IMG/VR virus record: IMGVR_UViG_3300030376_005231
Span: 678 to 64,677 of that record
From: a virus
Lineage: Duplodnaviria > Caudoviricetes
Length of the DNA: 64,000 bases
Reading direction: 5' to 3' (one strand)
Numbering within the stretch: the first letter of the stretch is position 1; the number at the start of each line of letters is the position of its first letter. This document shows, one piece after another, positions 39,855 through 50,906 of this stretch. Both the position numbers and the translations under genes were made by a program. The notes beneath the pieces were generated by a model. That model did no database searches, was not told where the DNA came from, and saw only the letters and a program-made list of their open reading frames with translations.

Positions 39855-42800
39855 ATGAATGAACAAGCATTACAAAATATTTATAGAGATGTTGTAAAAA
39901 ACCAAGACTATAGAGGTTCTAAAGAAGATTTTATAGCTCTTTTATCTTCAGACCAAGCTGCTTTTGACGACAGATTTGAGTGGGTTAACGGTGAAGGATA
40001 CAAGGGAACTAAAGAACAATTTGCTGAACTTGTAGGTGTAACGATGCCTGTAAAAAAAAAAGAAGAAGAGGTCGAGGTTGTGGAAGATACTACAGATACT
40101 TTTGTAACGCCTTTAGGAAATATAGAAATAAACAAAAGAAGCGAACTTCCCCTAACAGAAGAGGAACAACTTTCAATTTCCGAATCTTTCAAAGAAAATA
40201 TACAATCAAAATCACTAGAGAGTGATACTCCTGATGTAACTCAAGCAAGAGAAATAGTTAACGCATTTACACTTGAATCAAACGAATTGATTGATGCCTT
40301 GACAGCACAAAATTTATCTGACGATATAGAAGCAGCAGAGCTTGAAAAAATATTTAAACGTACAGAAACCAACAGTCCATTAGGTATGCCTACTGAAGAA
40401 ATGTATAGGCTTATTGAAGATGGTGATAACTTAGCGGTTGACCTTGCTGAAGAAAAAAAACAAACAGCTATTGAAAAAAAGAAAGCTGAAGAAATGAAAA
40501 AATTTCATGAGGATAATGAACTTGCTGAATTTAATGCTGAAGCCGAACAAAACAGAGTAAAAAATTTAAAAGAACTTAATAATGATTTAAAGACTATTAC
40601 TACTGAATTAATTAATGAAGATGATAATAGTAGTACAATTAAAATATTACAAGACAAGTTTGGTAAATATGATTTAACATTTACAAAAAAAGGAGGGCAA
40701 GTTGCTGTTAGAAAAAATGACGGAAGTGCAGAAGAAGTTTTTGATTTAGACCCTTTATTTGGTTTTGAAACCACAGGGGAGGGAGCTATATCTTTTTTAG
40801 GAAGAAAAACTGACATAGCACAGGACATGCAAAATTTTATTCGTAATAATGCTAATGACCCTGCAAGAGTAAACGAGTATAATGAAAAAGTAGATTTTGT
40901 CACAAAAGCATTACAAGCTCAAAGCATGCGTGTCGGTGAACGTTTAAACGATGACGGTACAGTTTCATCTCACTTAATGGCAACCTTTGAAGAAGACGGT
41001 AAGTTTTTAGTAGCACCTACTTTGTTTCCTAAAGATGATGATAATCAAGCAAGATTTAGCAACAATTGGATACAGCTTGAAGGAGAAGCTGCTTTGGAAA
41101 AAGCAAAGGAACGAGGTGAGGTAATTGCTTTCGATACACAAGAAGAAGCTGATGAGTTTGCTAAAGGTTCATGGAAGGGAGTAACAACAATAGATGCAGA
41201 AGCTCAAAAGTTTTATGCTGAAAGAGGATTAGATTATTTACCTTTAAAAGAATCTTATAACAATTATCAGAGCATAAGAGATGAAATAGATTTTATAGAA
41301 GATGTAGACCCGTCAACATCCTTTAAAGATTTAGACCCTAGATTTCAACTTAAATATAAAGACTTATATGTAAACGATAAATTGCGTCCTGACATAGATG
41401 AGTATTTAGAAGGATTAAAAAGCAAAGAAGATGTTCTGTTTGATTTAGCAACAAATAATGATGTTAAAAAAGCAAGAGAAGATTTTGATGTTTATTTAAG
41501 AAAAAAAGAAGATGCTCTTGTTAATGAAGCTATTGAGATTAATAAAGTTGTAAAGCCTGAAATAGATAAGTTACAAGAATATTCATTAGTTAGATTTGGC
41601 TACGCTCCTATGGAGCTTTACAAAGCTGTTAATGAAAAGACTACACCACAAGAAATTAGAGAGATGACTGCTTTAATGGAACAACAATATAGTTTAGATT
41701 TTGAAAGACAGAATGCTGCATATGTTTATGAAAACAGTACTCTGTATTTAAGTAGAATGGAAAATAAAACTATTCAAGGTGAGTTCCGAGATAATTTAAG
41801 CGGCTTTACTAATGAGTTTTCTAATGGTCTTAAACAAGGTCATGCATCAAACGCTATATTACAATATACTATGGGAATAGATATGATAGGAGGGGGTGAC
41901 CCTGACGATATATATTCTATTGCTAATGCTATAGTTTCAGCAATGTCATCAAAAAATCCTCAACAAAGTAGAACGATGGCGGCATGGACTCAATCAAAAG
42001 GTTTTAAAGAAGCTTGGGATGTAATAGCATCTGACCCAATTGAATGGACAACACAATTAGCATCTAAAAGTATTGGTATGATGATGCCTTATGGTGCTCA
42101 AATAATACCAATAGCAGGTGGTAAAGGAACAGCAATAGGAGCAGGATATGGTGCGTATGGAGGTAACCCTGTAACTGTAGGAGCAGGAGCTCTTTCAGGT
42201 TTAGGTTATGGATTGCGAACAGGTTTTGCAGCCACTACTTATGCAATGGAATATACAAACTCTATAATAGAAGTTATTTCCGAAGAAGGCTATGATGTTT
42301 ATGACCCTGATTCTGTAGTTGCAGCTTTACAAGACAATAATGTATGGGAAAAGGGAGGAGCAAGAGGTCATGCAAGAGGTATACCTATTGCAATTATAGA
42401 TTATTTAACCATGAGCTTGGCAGGTAGAATATTTCAACCTGCTAATTATGTTATTACAAAAACAGGAGCTTTAAAAGCAGGTGGATTGTTAGTTGCTGAA
42501 AGAGCTGTTCTTGACCCTACAGGAGAAGCGATTGGCGAAACCTTTGCTCAAGTTAATGAAATAGCTTTTGGAACAGGAAGAACTGAATTAGATTATAAAG
42601 AAATTACTGCAGAAGCAGGTGGAGCATTTGGTAATCAAGGTTCGGCTGCGGCAATAAATATAGCTTTACTAACAAGCAACAAAAGAAGAAATCAATTAAT
42701 AGAAGATTTTACAGACCCTGATTTTTTAGCTACATACAACGAAGCATCAGATACTCAGATTATGAATTTTATTAATAAGATGCAAAAGCTAGGTAAGATT

Positions 42801-45800
42801 GATGAGTCTAGAGCTAAGTCAGTTAGTGATGTTTTGTCTGCAAAAAGAGATGCTCAAGAAACTTTAGGTGACAATGTAGATGCTGATGTTATGGCTAGAA
42901 TGATGAGACTAAAAGAAGCTAAATCAAATTTAACTTCAAGTCTAAACAGAAGAGAAGTTTTTGGTGATTTAATAAAAGCAATAAGCAAAGAGATGTCTGA
43001 GCTTGCTTTAACTAGAAAGCTTTCAGAAAATCCTGTTGAATCGATTGACCCTTTACAAGAAAGTAAATTTGATGGTTCTCAATTTAATAGATTTAAAATA
43101 GGAACTAGCACATACGAAACTCCTGAGCAATTTAAAAAAGCAATTGATGCGTTAAAGATTGATACTGAAAAAGGATATAACGCTTTAATGAAAAATGGAT
43201 TTTCTATAGATGCAAATATGGAACTCATTAATGAACTTAATGATTATATAGCAGCAAAAAAACTAGGAATAGAATTAAACATAAAACCACAAGAGGATGC
43301 CAATACAAAGCAAGAGACAGGCGAGGTGGCTAGCAGCCAACAGGAAGGACCTGTTCAACAAATGGAAGAACAAGTACCCGGTCAAAATCAAGAATCTACC
43401 GGAGAAAGTCAAGTCGAAGAAAAAGTAGAAGAAGTTAGTCCTGAAAACAGAGAAATTTTTGACCAACAAGTAGATGAATTAGAACAAGAGATAGATTCTA
43501 AAGTAGATTTTAGATTGAAGGATGATAACGTTGTAGAACCAAACAGGGATGAAGTTGAATCTATTACTGAAAAAATTAATGAGCTTGAAAGCGACAATGT
43601 AAGTGTTGAGATTGAAACTCAAGACTCTGATGTTAGTGTTGATGTTAATGAACTTAACAGTAGAACAGATACAGATTTAAATGAAACATCATTAGAGGTA
43701 GTGGACGGAGTGCCAACTATGTTTACTATTTCTGACCAACTTACAACAGGTAATGTTGTTAATCCTAATACAGGAAACACAGTAGATAATTTAAAAGGGT
43801 CTGTAGGTTTTAATGGAACAACAGGAAATGAAACATTTGCATGGGCGGGAACTACTGAAAAGAAGGCTAATGAAATGATTAATAAAGCCAATAGTATTTA
43901 TGAAGCTAACAAACCAACCTTTGAAGAGTTTTGGTCTAAGAATCCTGAATACAATGGTTTAGTACCCGTAAATGTAGTAAAGATGTCGCAAGACGGAATT
44001 ATTTCTAACGAAGCTATGTTTAGAGTGTTAGCTGATAATCTTACTAAGTTGCCTGAAGAAAATAGAGTAAAAGCATTAGAAGCTTTAAAGAAAGAAATTA
44101 AAAGCAGAAGAGATACAGCAGCTAAAAAGAAACCTTTTAATGATATAATAAAATTGTTAGAAGCTGATAACATTCAATCTATTGATAATGTAGTTGCTCC
44201 TGAATTTATAAATAAACTTTCGTTAGGTGCTAGAGTAAATTTAATGAATATAATAGGTTATGGAACGGTTAATAAGCCGGGTCAAACTAAAAAGGCAGGA
44301 ACTGTTGATGCTCGTTCTACAGTAACTACTGCACTATTAGAAAATCAAGATGATAGTAAAAGAGATTTAGTAAGCATTTCAAGTATTGCAGAAATTATTA
44401 CAGACCCACAAATGAAGAACGTACCTGAAGGTAGTGTTGTGGCTTTAGTGGGTGTTGATGTATTAAATCCTGAAGTGCTAGAAACAAATCATCCAAACTA
44501 TAAATATGGTGCTAAGGGAAAATCGATGGGTATTCTTAATAATCCGGTTTCTATGGAAAAAGCATATCCTGTAGCATACAAAAAAGCTATGGGAAGTTTG
44601 ATTGAAAAAGAATCACAAGGTAAAAAAGTAACAGGTAAACAATTAAGAACTAATCAAACGGGTATAGGTATTGGCATACCATCTAAAGATTATATTGGTG
44701 CATATGCAGACACACAAAGTAATATAAATAAATTAAATAATTTTTTAAATTTAGCATTTCCGGGTACTACAATTTTTGCAGATACAGAAACCTTTAATAC
44801 TGTTATGAGCTCTGAGGGTGTAATGAAATACTCAAGAGGTAAACAAACAGTATATGGTGTTACAGTTGATGGAGATATTTATATTAATCCTGATGTTCAT
44901 AATAGTGAAAGCGAACTATTTAATACAGCTATTCATGAGATGGGTCATGTTTGGACAGATTATATTCAGACTACTGAGCAAGGAAGAAAAATATATAAAC
45001 GAGGAGCTGCATTAGTTAAAAAAACAGAAGAGTATAAGCGTCAATTAAAAAAGTTTGATGGCAATGAAAAGAGAGCTGTTGATGAAACTATGGCTATTCT
45101 TATTGGTAATAAAGGTGAGACCATTGCAAACGCAACTTTAAAATCTAAATTTAAAGAATGGTTACTTGGTATGTGGAAGTATATCCAAAACCAATTTAAA
45201 ATGTCTAAAGATTTATCTGAAAACGAAATCCAAGACATGACTTTAAATACATTTATTGGAACAGCTTTAGCTGATATCTTTAGTGGTAAAGAAATAGAAT
45301 TGACTGATGTTCAACAAAAACAATTAAAAAATCCTGAAGCAGCATTTAAACAAGGTATATCACCTGAACAGGTAGTTATTAGAGGAAGAGAGATGGGAAT
45401 GCCTGATAACGTTATTGCAGAGGTGTTAAAAAGAAGAAACAAACTAACAGTTGAGCAGTCTAATGAATTACTAGCAACATCTATTCCTACTGCGTTTGCT
45501 AATGCAAAAGGTGGTATAAATGTAGGAGAGCAAATATTTAAACAGGTTGAGGTTGTAAGAAAAGACAGAGAAAAAACTTCTATTGGTAAGTTTAATAAAA
45601 AGGAACAAAGAGCTGCTAGAAAAAAAGATTTGCAAGACAACGAGTTATTTAGAAAACAACCTATAGAAAATCAAAAAGCCATGTTTGTGGCTTATGATGC
45701 GTTAGCAGGTACTAAAGCTAATAAAGAAATACAAACAGAAATAGATACAATATTAGCTGAAGCTAAAGCAATAAAGAAAAACGAAAAAGTATCTAAACAA

Positions 45801-48800
45801 CTAAGGAATAGATTCAAAAATTATATTAGAAGATTAATTCCTTCAGTAGATAGTTTAGGTAAGAAAGACTTAAACAATATATTAAAATCGTTAGCTGAAG
45901 TAGATACGGTAAACTTTGTTGCTGAGATAGGTAGAGTGCAAGAAATAGCTAGAGGGATACAAGAAAAACAAAGTAAATCTATAATACAAGACATAAAAAA
46001 ATACGTTAAGAAAAAAACTAAAACACCTCGTAGTAATAAAAAACCTAAAGCAGGTTCTGTAGAGTATCGTGGTGTAGAATATTTTAAGGTATTAGATAAA
46101 ATGTTAAACATGTCTCCTGAAGAATTAGCTGCAAAAAGACAAGAGCTAATCTCTAAAGAAATAGAAATAGAAAAAGCGTTAGAAAGAGAAGCTAATTTAA
46201 AAGAGAATCAAGACTTAACTAAAGCTGATGCTGTATTGTTAGCTGAAGCTGAAGTGTTTGAAAGATATTCTAATTTAGAGGGTAAAAGTCCTACAGAATT
46301 AGCTGACATTTTTAATAGCATAAAAGATGAAGCCAAACAATCTAGACAAAAATTATTAGAACGAAGAGCAAAAAGAGCTGAGCAATTTAAAAAAGTGAAA
46401 GAGGAAGCTGATTCTAGTATTAAGTCTAACTTTCCTATTCTTTTTAATGATGATGGTTCAACTAGAACTAGAAAAGAACTAGAAGATAAAAGAGCTGATT
46501 GGCGTAAAAGCTTAAAAGAAATGGGATTCATGAAAGGTGTAATGAAAGTTGTTGAAGATGTTCTTTTAAGTCCACTATCTAAAAACTTTAGAGGAGGAAC
46601 AAACATTACATCATGGATTAGACAATATAGTGACTCAATGATAAAACATTCTGCTAATTTATTTAACACACTTGATGGTAAGCGTGGCAAATTTTTTACT
46701 AAATATTTTCAGAGACCTTTGGCTGCTGCTAATTTCCGTAGAGAAAACGGTGTTAGGAGTACTAACAAAATAATAGACGATTTAGCAAAAGATACAGGAT
46801 TTAAAAACTATAGACAAGTATTAATTGAACTTTTAAAACTAGACAACATAGAGTTAAAAGGGAAAAGAGGGAAGTTTAACAATGACCAATTAATGTACAT
46901 ATATACTATAAGTCAAAATTCAGATGTAAGAAAAAGACTCATAGAGCAAGGTTATTCAGAAGAAGTTCTGCAACAAATAGAAGACCACTTAGGTCCTAAA
47001 ATTACTGACTTTGCTAAAAAAGTAGTTAATTATATGAGTGAAGATAGTTATAACTCTGTTAACGAAATATATTTAAGAAACAATGATGTTAACCTTGATA
47101 AAATAGAAAATTATTTTCCATTAGCCACAGAAGGTCTAGAAACTAAAAAAGACAGTATAGAACAAGAAGGTAATTTAACTGAAAGGTTTGCAGCTCAATC
47201 TCCTAGTTCTTTAAAAAGAAGAGGTTTAGATAGTAAAATAGATGAAAGTGCTAGATTTAGTACAGTTTTAGAAGACCATATAGATGATACAGAACGCTAT
47301 AAAGCTTATGCAGATATAGTACCTACATTTAATAGGTTGTTAAATTTAGATTCAGTAAAAATATTACTAGACCAAACCGGAACAACTAAACTTACAAATG
47401 ATATATTAAATGAATCTGTTAATGGACCTCCTAAAAGAGGTGGTTCAAGTAGACTAACAAATACTTTAGTAAGTGGATTTACAAGATATATTTTAGGATT
47501 AAAACTATGGCAAATTCCTAAACAAATGATATCGTTTATAGAAGCATTTAAAAATTTTAGATATAAGCCTAAAAATAAAGTTATAAAAGCTATTGATTCT
47601 GTTCCTGTACTTGGACAATTAACTGTTGAAGCAATTGACGCATTAACTTTTGTTGCACGATATGTTGAAGCAGTAGGGTTGACTATGCTAAGTAAAGAAG
47701 GCGGGGTAAAAACTGCAAGAAGAATTGCTGCAGGATTTGAAAATAGATTGAAAGAAGGAATTACAGGGAAAAATTTAGTAGAGTTATATTCAGGAATAAA
47801 AGAAGGACAAACAATTTCACTATTTGGAGGTGTTTATAAAGCGGTAGCAGGAAAAGATTTTAAATCAACTGTATTTACACTACCCGGAGGTAGAGAGGTT
47901 ACAGGTGCTGAAATACAAAACAGCATAAATGGTGTCGTTGGTGCGGGTACTTCTATTGGAGATATACTTGGTGTTATGGGATACATGGCTGTATACAATC
48001 AAGATATAGCAAATGGTATGAGTGAAGAACAAGCGACTATGAGATTTGTAGAATACAATTTAACACAACAGTCTCGAAGAGATATGGATAGAGCGGGTAT
48101 TCAGCGAGCAGTTTCTAAAAATGAAGGAGCTATTGGAGACTTAATTAAAACTATAACTATGTTTGGAAGCACAATGTATTTACAGTTAAATAACGTAGAA
48201 ATACATTCAAAAAATATTATTAAAGGAATGTTAGTAAAAGGTGAGAATGTGGAAAGAAGAGATGTAAGGGGTCTTTATTTAGCTTTTGGAGTAGCAAATG
48301 CTGCGTTTGCTGCAATGGCAAATATATTACTGTTAACAAAAGGAGATGAAGAAGATAAACTGCAGGCTGTTGAAGATGTTAAAAAAGCTGCATTGGGTCT
48401 TACTATTTTATATAGGCTTCCACTTTTCGGAGAAGCTATTGAACAAATAGCATATGCATGGGGATTGGATGAAAAAAAATATGGTCGTTCACAAACAGGT
48501 CCTGTTCAGCCTTTAAAAAGATTATTTTCTGAAGTTAATAACGGTCTTAATGATGAGGACTATTTAAATGCAATGAAACCTATAGCTGAATTTTATGCAG
48601 GATTTCAGTTTGAACCAATTGAGGGTGTTGTTGATATGATAAGCGGTGAGAGTGATGCTGAGACTATAGCAGCAGATATCTTAAATGTTCCTAAAAGTCA
48701 AAGACCGGGATATGCTAAGAAAAGAGGAGCAGGAGGAAGTAAAACACCGCCAATGTGGATGATTGAAGCTACAGGAGATAAACAGCTTATTAAAGAAATG

Positions 48801-48875
48801 AAAGAGCTAAACAAACAAAAAAGAGAAGCTAAGAAAGAATTTAATGATTTAAAGAAAGCTCTTAGAAATCAATAA
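39855..48875 (+). CDS. Giant polyvalent/ejection protein (~3006 aa) with zincin metallopeptidase domain
   Basis: Likely start ATG at 39855 (MNEQALQN) rather than 39816; GVTVDGDIYINP...TAIHEMGHVW (HExxH at ~44934-44948); G/A-rich membrane-like segment; helical C-terminal region. Confidence 0.75.
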   Translation: MNEQALQNIYRDVVKNQDYRGSKEDFIALLSSDQAAFDDRFEWVNGEGYKGTKEQFAELVGVTMPVKKKEEEVEVVEDTTDTFVTPLGNIEINKRSELPLTEEEQLSISESFKENIQSKSLESDTPDVTQAREIVNAFTLESNELIDALTAQNLSDDIEAAELEKIFKRTETNSPLGMPTEEMYRLIEDGDNLAVDLAEEKKQTAIEKKKAEEMKKFHEDNELAEFNAEAEQNRVKNLKELNNDLKTITTELINEDDNSSTIKILQDKFGKYDLTFTKKGGQVAVRKNDGSAEEVFDLDPLFGFETTGEGAISFLGRKTDIAQDMQNFIRNNANDPARVNEYNEKVDFVTKALQAQSMRVGERLNDDGTVSSHLMATFEEDGKFLVAPTLFPKDDDNQARFSNNWIQLEGEAALEKAKERGEVIAFDTQEEADEFAKGSWKGVTTIDAEAQKFYAERGLDYLPLKESYNNYQSIRDEIDFIEDVDPSTSFKDLDPRFQLKYKDLYVNDKLRPDIDEYLEGLKSKEDVLFDLATNNDVKKAREDFDVYLRKKEDALVNEAIEINKVVKPEIDKLQEYSLVRFGYAPMELYKAVNEKTTPQEIREMTALMEQQYSLDFERQNAAYVYENSTLYLSRMENKTIQGEFRDNLSGFTNEFSNGLKQGHASNAILQYTMGIDMIGGGDPDDIYSIANAIVSAMSSKNPQQSRTMAAWTQSKGFKEAWDVIASDPIEWTTQLASKSIGMMMPYGAQIIPIAGGKGTAIGAGYGAYGGNPVTVGAGALSGLGYGLRTGFAATTYAMEYTNSIIEVISEEGYDVYDPDSVVAALQDNNVWEKGGARGHARGIPIAIIDYLTMSLAGRIFQPANYVITKTGALKAGGLLVAERAVLDPTGEAIGETFAQVNEIAFGTGRTELDYKEITAEAGGAFGNQGSAAAINIALLTSNKRRNQLIEDFTDPDFLATYNEASDTQIMNFINKMQKLGKIDESRAKSVSDVLSAKRDAQETLGDNVDADVMARMMRLKEAKSNLTSSLNRREVFGDLIKAISKEMSELALTRKLSENPVESIDPLQESKFDGSQFNRFKIGTSTYETPEQFKKAIDALKIDTEKGYNALMKNGFSIDANMELINELNDYIAAKKLGIELNIKPQEDANTKQETGEVASSQQEGPVQQMEEQVPGQNQESTGESQVEEKVEEVSPENREIFDQQVDELEQEIDSKVDFRLKDDNVVEPNRDEVESITEKINELESDNVSVEIETQDSDVSVDVNELNSRTDTDLNETSLEVVDGVPTMFTISDQLTTGNVVNPNTGNTVDNLKGSVGFNGTTGNETFAWAGTTEKKANEMINKANSIYEANKPTFEEFWSKNPEYNGLVPVNVVKMSQDGIISNEAMFRVLADNLTKLPEENRVKALEALKKEIKSRRDTAAKKKPFNDIIKLLEADNIQSIDNVVAPEFINKLSLGARVNLMNIIGYGTVNKPGQTKKAGTVDARSTVTTALLENQDDSKRDLVSISSIAEIITDPQMKNVPEGSVVALVGVDVLNPEVLETNHPNYKYGAKGKSMGILNNPVSMEKAYPVAYKKAMGSLIEKESQGKKVTGKQLRTNQTGIGIGIPSKDYIGAYADTQSNINKLNNFLNLAFPGTTIFADTETFNTVMSSEGVMKYSRGKQTVYGVTVDGDIYINPDVHNSESELFNTAIHEMGHVWTDYIQTTEQGRKIYKRGAALVKKTEEYKRQLKKFDGNEKRAVDETMAILIGNKGETIANATLKSKFKEWLLGMWKYIQNQFKMSKDLSENEIQDMTLNTFIGTALADIFSGKEIELTDVQQKQLKNPEAAFKQGISPEQVVIRGREMGMPDNVIAEVLKRRNKLTVEQSNELLATSIPTAFANAKGGINVGEQIFKQVEVVRKDREKTSIGKFNKKEQRAARKKDLQDNELFRKQPIENQKAMFVAYDALAGTKANKEIQTEIDTILAEAKAIKKNEKVSKQLRNRFKNYIRRLIPSVDSLGKKDLNNILKSLAEVDTVNFVAEIGRVQEIARGIQEKQSKSIIQDIKKYVKKKTKTPRSNKKPKAGSVEYRGVEYFKVLDKMLNMSPEELAAKRQELISKEIEIEKALEREANLKENQDLTKADAVLLAEAEVFERYSNLEGKSPTELADIFNSIKDEAKQSRQKLLERRAKRAEQFKKVKEEADSSIKSNFPILFNDDGSTRTRKELEDKRADWRKSLKEMGFMKGVMKVVEDVLLSPLSKNFRGGTNITSWIRQYSDSMIKHSANLFNTLDGKRGKFFTKYFQRPLAAANFRRENGVRSTNKIIDDLAKDTGFKNYRQVLIELLKLDNIELKGKRGKFNNDQLMYIYTISQNSDVRKRLIEQGYSEEVLQQIEDHLGPKITDFAKKVVNYMSEDSYNSVNEIYLRNNDVNLDKIENYFPLATEGLETKKDSIEQEGNLTERFAAQSPSSLKRRGLDSKIDESARFSTVLEDHIDDTERYKAYADIVPTFNRLLNLDSVKILLDQTGTTKLTNDILNESVNGPPKRGGSSRLTNTLVSGFTRYILGLKLWQIPKQMISFIEAFKNFRYKPKNKVIKAIDSVPVLGQLTVEAIDALTFVARYVEAVGLTMLSKEGGVKTARRIAAGFENRLKEGITGKNLVELYSGIKEGQTISLFGGVYKAVAGKDFKSTVFTLPGGREVTGAEIQNSINGVVGAGTSIGDILGVMGYMAVYNQDIANGMSEEQATMRFVEYNLTQQSRRDMDRAGIQRAVSKNEGAIGDLIKTITMFGSTMYLQLNNVEIHSKNIIKGMLVKGENVERRDVRGLYLAFGVANAAFAAMANILLLTKGDEEDKLQAVEDVKKAALGLTILYRLPLFGEAIEQIAYAWGLDEKKYGRSQTGPVQPLKRLFSEVNNGLNDEDYLNAMKPIAEFYAGFQFEPIEGVVDMISGESDAETIAADILNVPKSQRPGYAKKRGAGGSKTPPMWMIEATGDKQLIKEMKELNKQKREAKKEFNDLKKALRNQ

Positions 48876-49275
48876 TTTTAAAAGGTGAATCTTTTTTATT
48901 GAAGTAAACCATTAACTCTTGGTCGTTGTATGAATGTGTTCTTGGTTTTCTACCACCCCATGTAACTAATCCTCTCATGTGTTTTACTTGACAATACACA
49001 ATCCCATCAAAACAACTCCATATCATAACAGGGTTTAATCTTTTATCAGCAAGTTTTACAAGTTTTCTAGCGGCTACAGGCAAAGGAAAAGCATCTTTAA
49101 CACTAGCTAGTCTACCTTTTACTTCAGCATAAGCTATGTGATTACCTTTGTTGTCAAAGATTTTAAAATCTATATCGTTGCGGTCAAGTTTTTTAAAGCT
49201 ACCATTAAATTTTTTTACAAATGTCTTGATAGCTTTCCTCTCTCTTTCTAAATCTTTTTCATTTTCAAACCTCAT
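48862..49275 (-). CDS. PD-(D/E)xK nuclease-like protein
   Basis: NDIDFKIF...AYAEVKGR motif. Confidence 0.6.
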   Translation of the reverse strand: MRFENEKDLERERKAIKTFVKKFNGSFKKLDRNDIDFKIFDNKGNHIAYAEVKGRLASVKDAFPLPVAARKLVKLADKRLNPVMIWSCFDGIVYCQVKHMRGLVTWGGRKPRTHSYNDQELMVYFNKKDSPFKIIDF

Positions 49276-49429
49276 CTATATCTGATTTAGTGTATATGTA
49301 TACACTATCTACATCACATTCTTCATTTGTACAGTTATAGTTACCTACCATACCACCTGCATCATCATCATAGTGAGAGTCGTGTTCACCACACCACAGT
49401 AGTTTTTCTTTACATTTAGGACATATCAT
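49265..49429 (-). CDS. Zinc-ribbon microprotein, 54 aa
   Basis: Translated by hand: MICPKCKEKL...YNCTNEECD (CxxC...CxxxxC); ATGA coupling to upstream gene. Confidence 0.7.
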   Translation of the reverse strand: MICPKCKEKLLWCGEHDSHYDDDAGGMVGNYNCTNEECDVDSVYIYTKSDIDEV

Positions 49430-50175
49430 AATCTCATCATTTTATTTATAGCAGTATGACCACCAAGAACAACACCGCAAGATATAGCTTGTTTTTTAAA
49501 GTTCTTAGCATAGGCAGCTGCGTAACTTTTAGCATCTACCCCACATCCCGTTTGCATTCCAAAGACTCTAAATTTCTTGCCGACAAACCATTGAACATAC
49601 GCAGAGGTGTGGGTGTGACCGCAAACGCTTGACATCATATTATTTTGTGCTTTTCTTGCCGCTTGACCTCCTTCTCCATGTTCGTACAAAACATTATCAT
49701 AAGCTATAGATTCTACCCAATTCCAATTTGGTGTGCCTAAGACTTCGTTATATGATTTTATCCATGCTGAAGGTATCCCCCCTGTCATTGCCTTCCTTGC
49801 AGCCATTCTATCATGATTTCCGATGCAAACATCTGCTATCGGGAATGCATCATACCATTCTTGAACCATTCTTATTGCATGCTTTAATTCTACACCCGGT
49901 GAATAACCATCCGGGTCAGGCTCATGATATGAAAAAGCGTGGTTGTCCAAAATATCTCCTATGTAAATTACTTGATTACAGTTGTAAGTAGCATAAACTT
50001 CTTTACAAAACTCTAAGTAACCATCTAAAACAAACGGAGCGTGTAAGTCTCCAATGACAAGTATTCTTCTTTCTTTTCTATTTAGGTTTTCAAATGCAAG
50101 TCTTTTGTTACCACTTAAGCGAGGTCTGATTTCATCTATATTATTTTTATCTCCTGTAAGTTCGTTAAATTTCAT
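49426..50175 (-). CDS. Calcineurin-like metallophosphoesterase
   Basis: IGDLH, IGDILD, GNHD, HG, GHTH motifs. Confidence 0.92.
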   Translation of the reverse strand: MKFNELTGDKNNIDEIRPRLSGNKRLAFENLNRKERRILVIGDLHAPFVLDGYLEFCKEVYATYNCNQVIYIGDILDNHAFSYHEPDPDGYSPGVELKHAIRMVQEWYDAFPIADVCIGNHDRMAARKAMTGGIPSAWIKSYNEVLGTPNWNWVESIAYDNVLYEHGEGGQAARKAQNNMMSSVCGHTHTSAYVQWFVGKKFRVFGMQTGCGVDAKSYAAAYAKNFKKQAISCGVVLGGHTAINKMMRL

Positions 50176-50353
50176 CTTCCATATTTTCTAATATAGAACG
50201 TAGCATTCTAATGTTATTCAAAACTTCTACTCTTAATTCAGGATATTGTTGTTCTACAAGGAGTTCGTAAATTTCATTGTTAGAGTCATGTATCTCGTTC
50301 ATCACAAAATTGATGTGTTTTAAACGTTCATACTCTACTCCTTTCTCGGGCAT
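50165..50353 (-). CDS. Hypothetical protein
   Basis: ORF track; tight packing. Confidence 0.55.
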   Translation of the reverse strand: MPEKGVEYERLKHINFVMNEIHDSNNEIYELLVEQQYPELRVEVLNNIRMLRSILENMEDEI

Positions 50354-50369
50354 AATTTAATCCATGTTT

Positions 50370-50906
50370 CTAATCATATATCCCATTGAATATAGTGTTT
50401 AACTTTTTTTCTATCACCGTTTCCGTATCAGGTCTTGTTCGATTTCTAATCATGTCAAATATAGTTTTAAACCTTTTGTCTTGATTATTATTCTCTTGAA
50501 GTTGTCTTTTAAGACCCTCTATTTCCAAAGATAATAATTTATTTCTATCTTCCAAACACAATACTCTGTTCTTTAGTTCATCTCGTCTTAAAATATCTAT
50601 AGATGGGTCAGTAATTTTATACATTCTAACACACATTTCGTATTTAGCAATTAAGTCTCTGTCGTATGTTAATAAGAATTTTATTTGTTTGAGATAGTGC
50701 ATGATTGTTGCATGACTTTCTAGGTTTAAATGAAAGGCTATAGCTTGATAAGTAACACCATCCTTTCTCATTAGCTGAGTAAAAACCATTCTTGCATTTA
50801 CTAAATTTCTTTTCCTTCCTTTAGCTCCAATATCTGTGTTAAAAACTTGGTTAATAACTTTTTTATATATACTAGCTTTTGTAGATTCTTTGTAGTATTG
50901 ATTCAT
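50370..50906 (-). CDS. DnaA domain IV (TrpR-like HTH) plus coiled-coil protein
   Basis: KGRKRNLVNARMVFTQLMR...YQAIAFHLNLESHATIMHYLK parallels R......ARQ.AMYL....S...IG..F.RDHTTV.HA. Confidence 0.7.
   Translation of the reverse strand: MNQYYKESTKASIYKKVINQVFNTDIGAKGRKRNLVNARMVFTQLMRKDGVTYQAIAFHLNLESHATIMHYLKQIKFLLTYDRDLIAKYEMCVRMYKITDPSIDILRRDELKNRVLCLEDRNKLLSLEIEGLKRQLQENNNQDKRFKTIFDMIRNRTRPDTETVIEKKLNTIFNGIYD

Noticed and set aside
31-46690. Antisense and alternate-frame ORFs inside long genes (e.g. 31-390, 4229-4501, 7185-7577, 40505-40903, 46208-46690)
   Set aside because: Fully nested in well-supported genes, with composition typical of shadow frames and no motifs
39855-48875. Possible crAss-like virion RNA polymerase in the giant protein
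   Set aside because: No convincing DxDxD/DFDxD catalytic motif in a double-psi-barrel context was seen; only the zincin is supported
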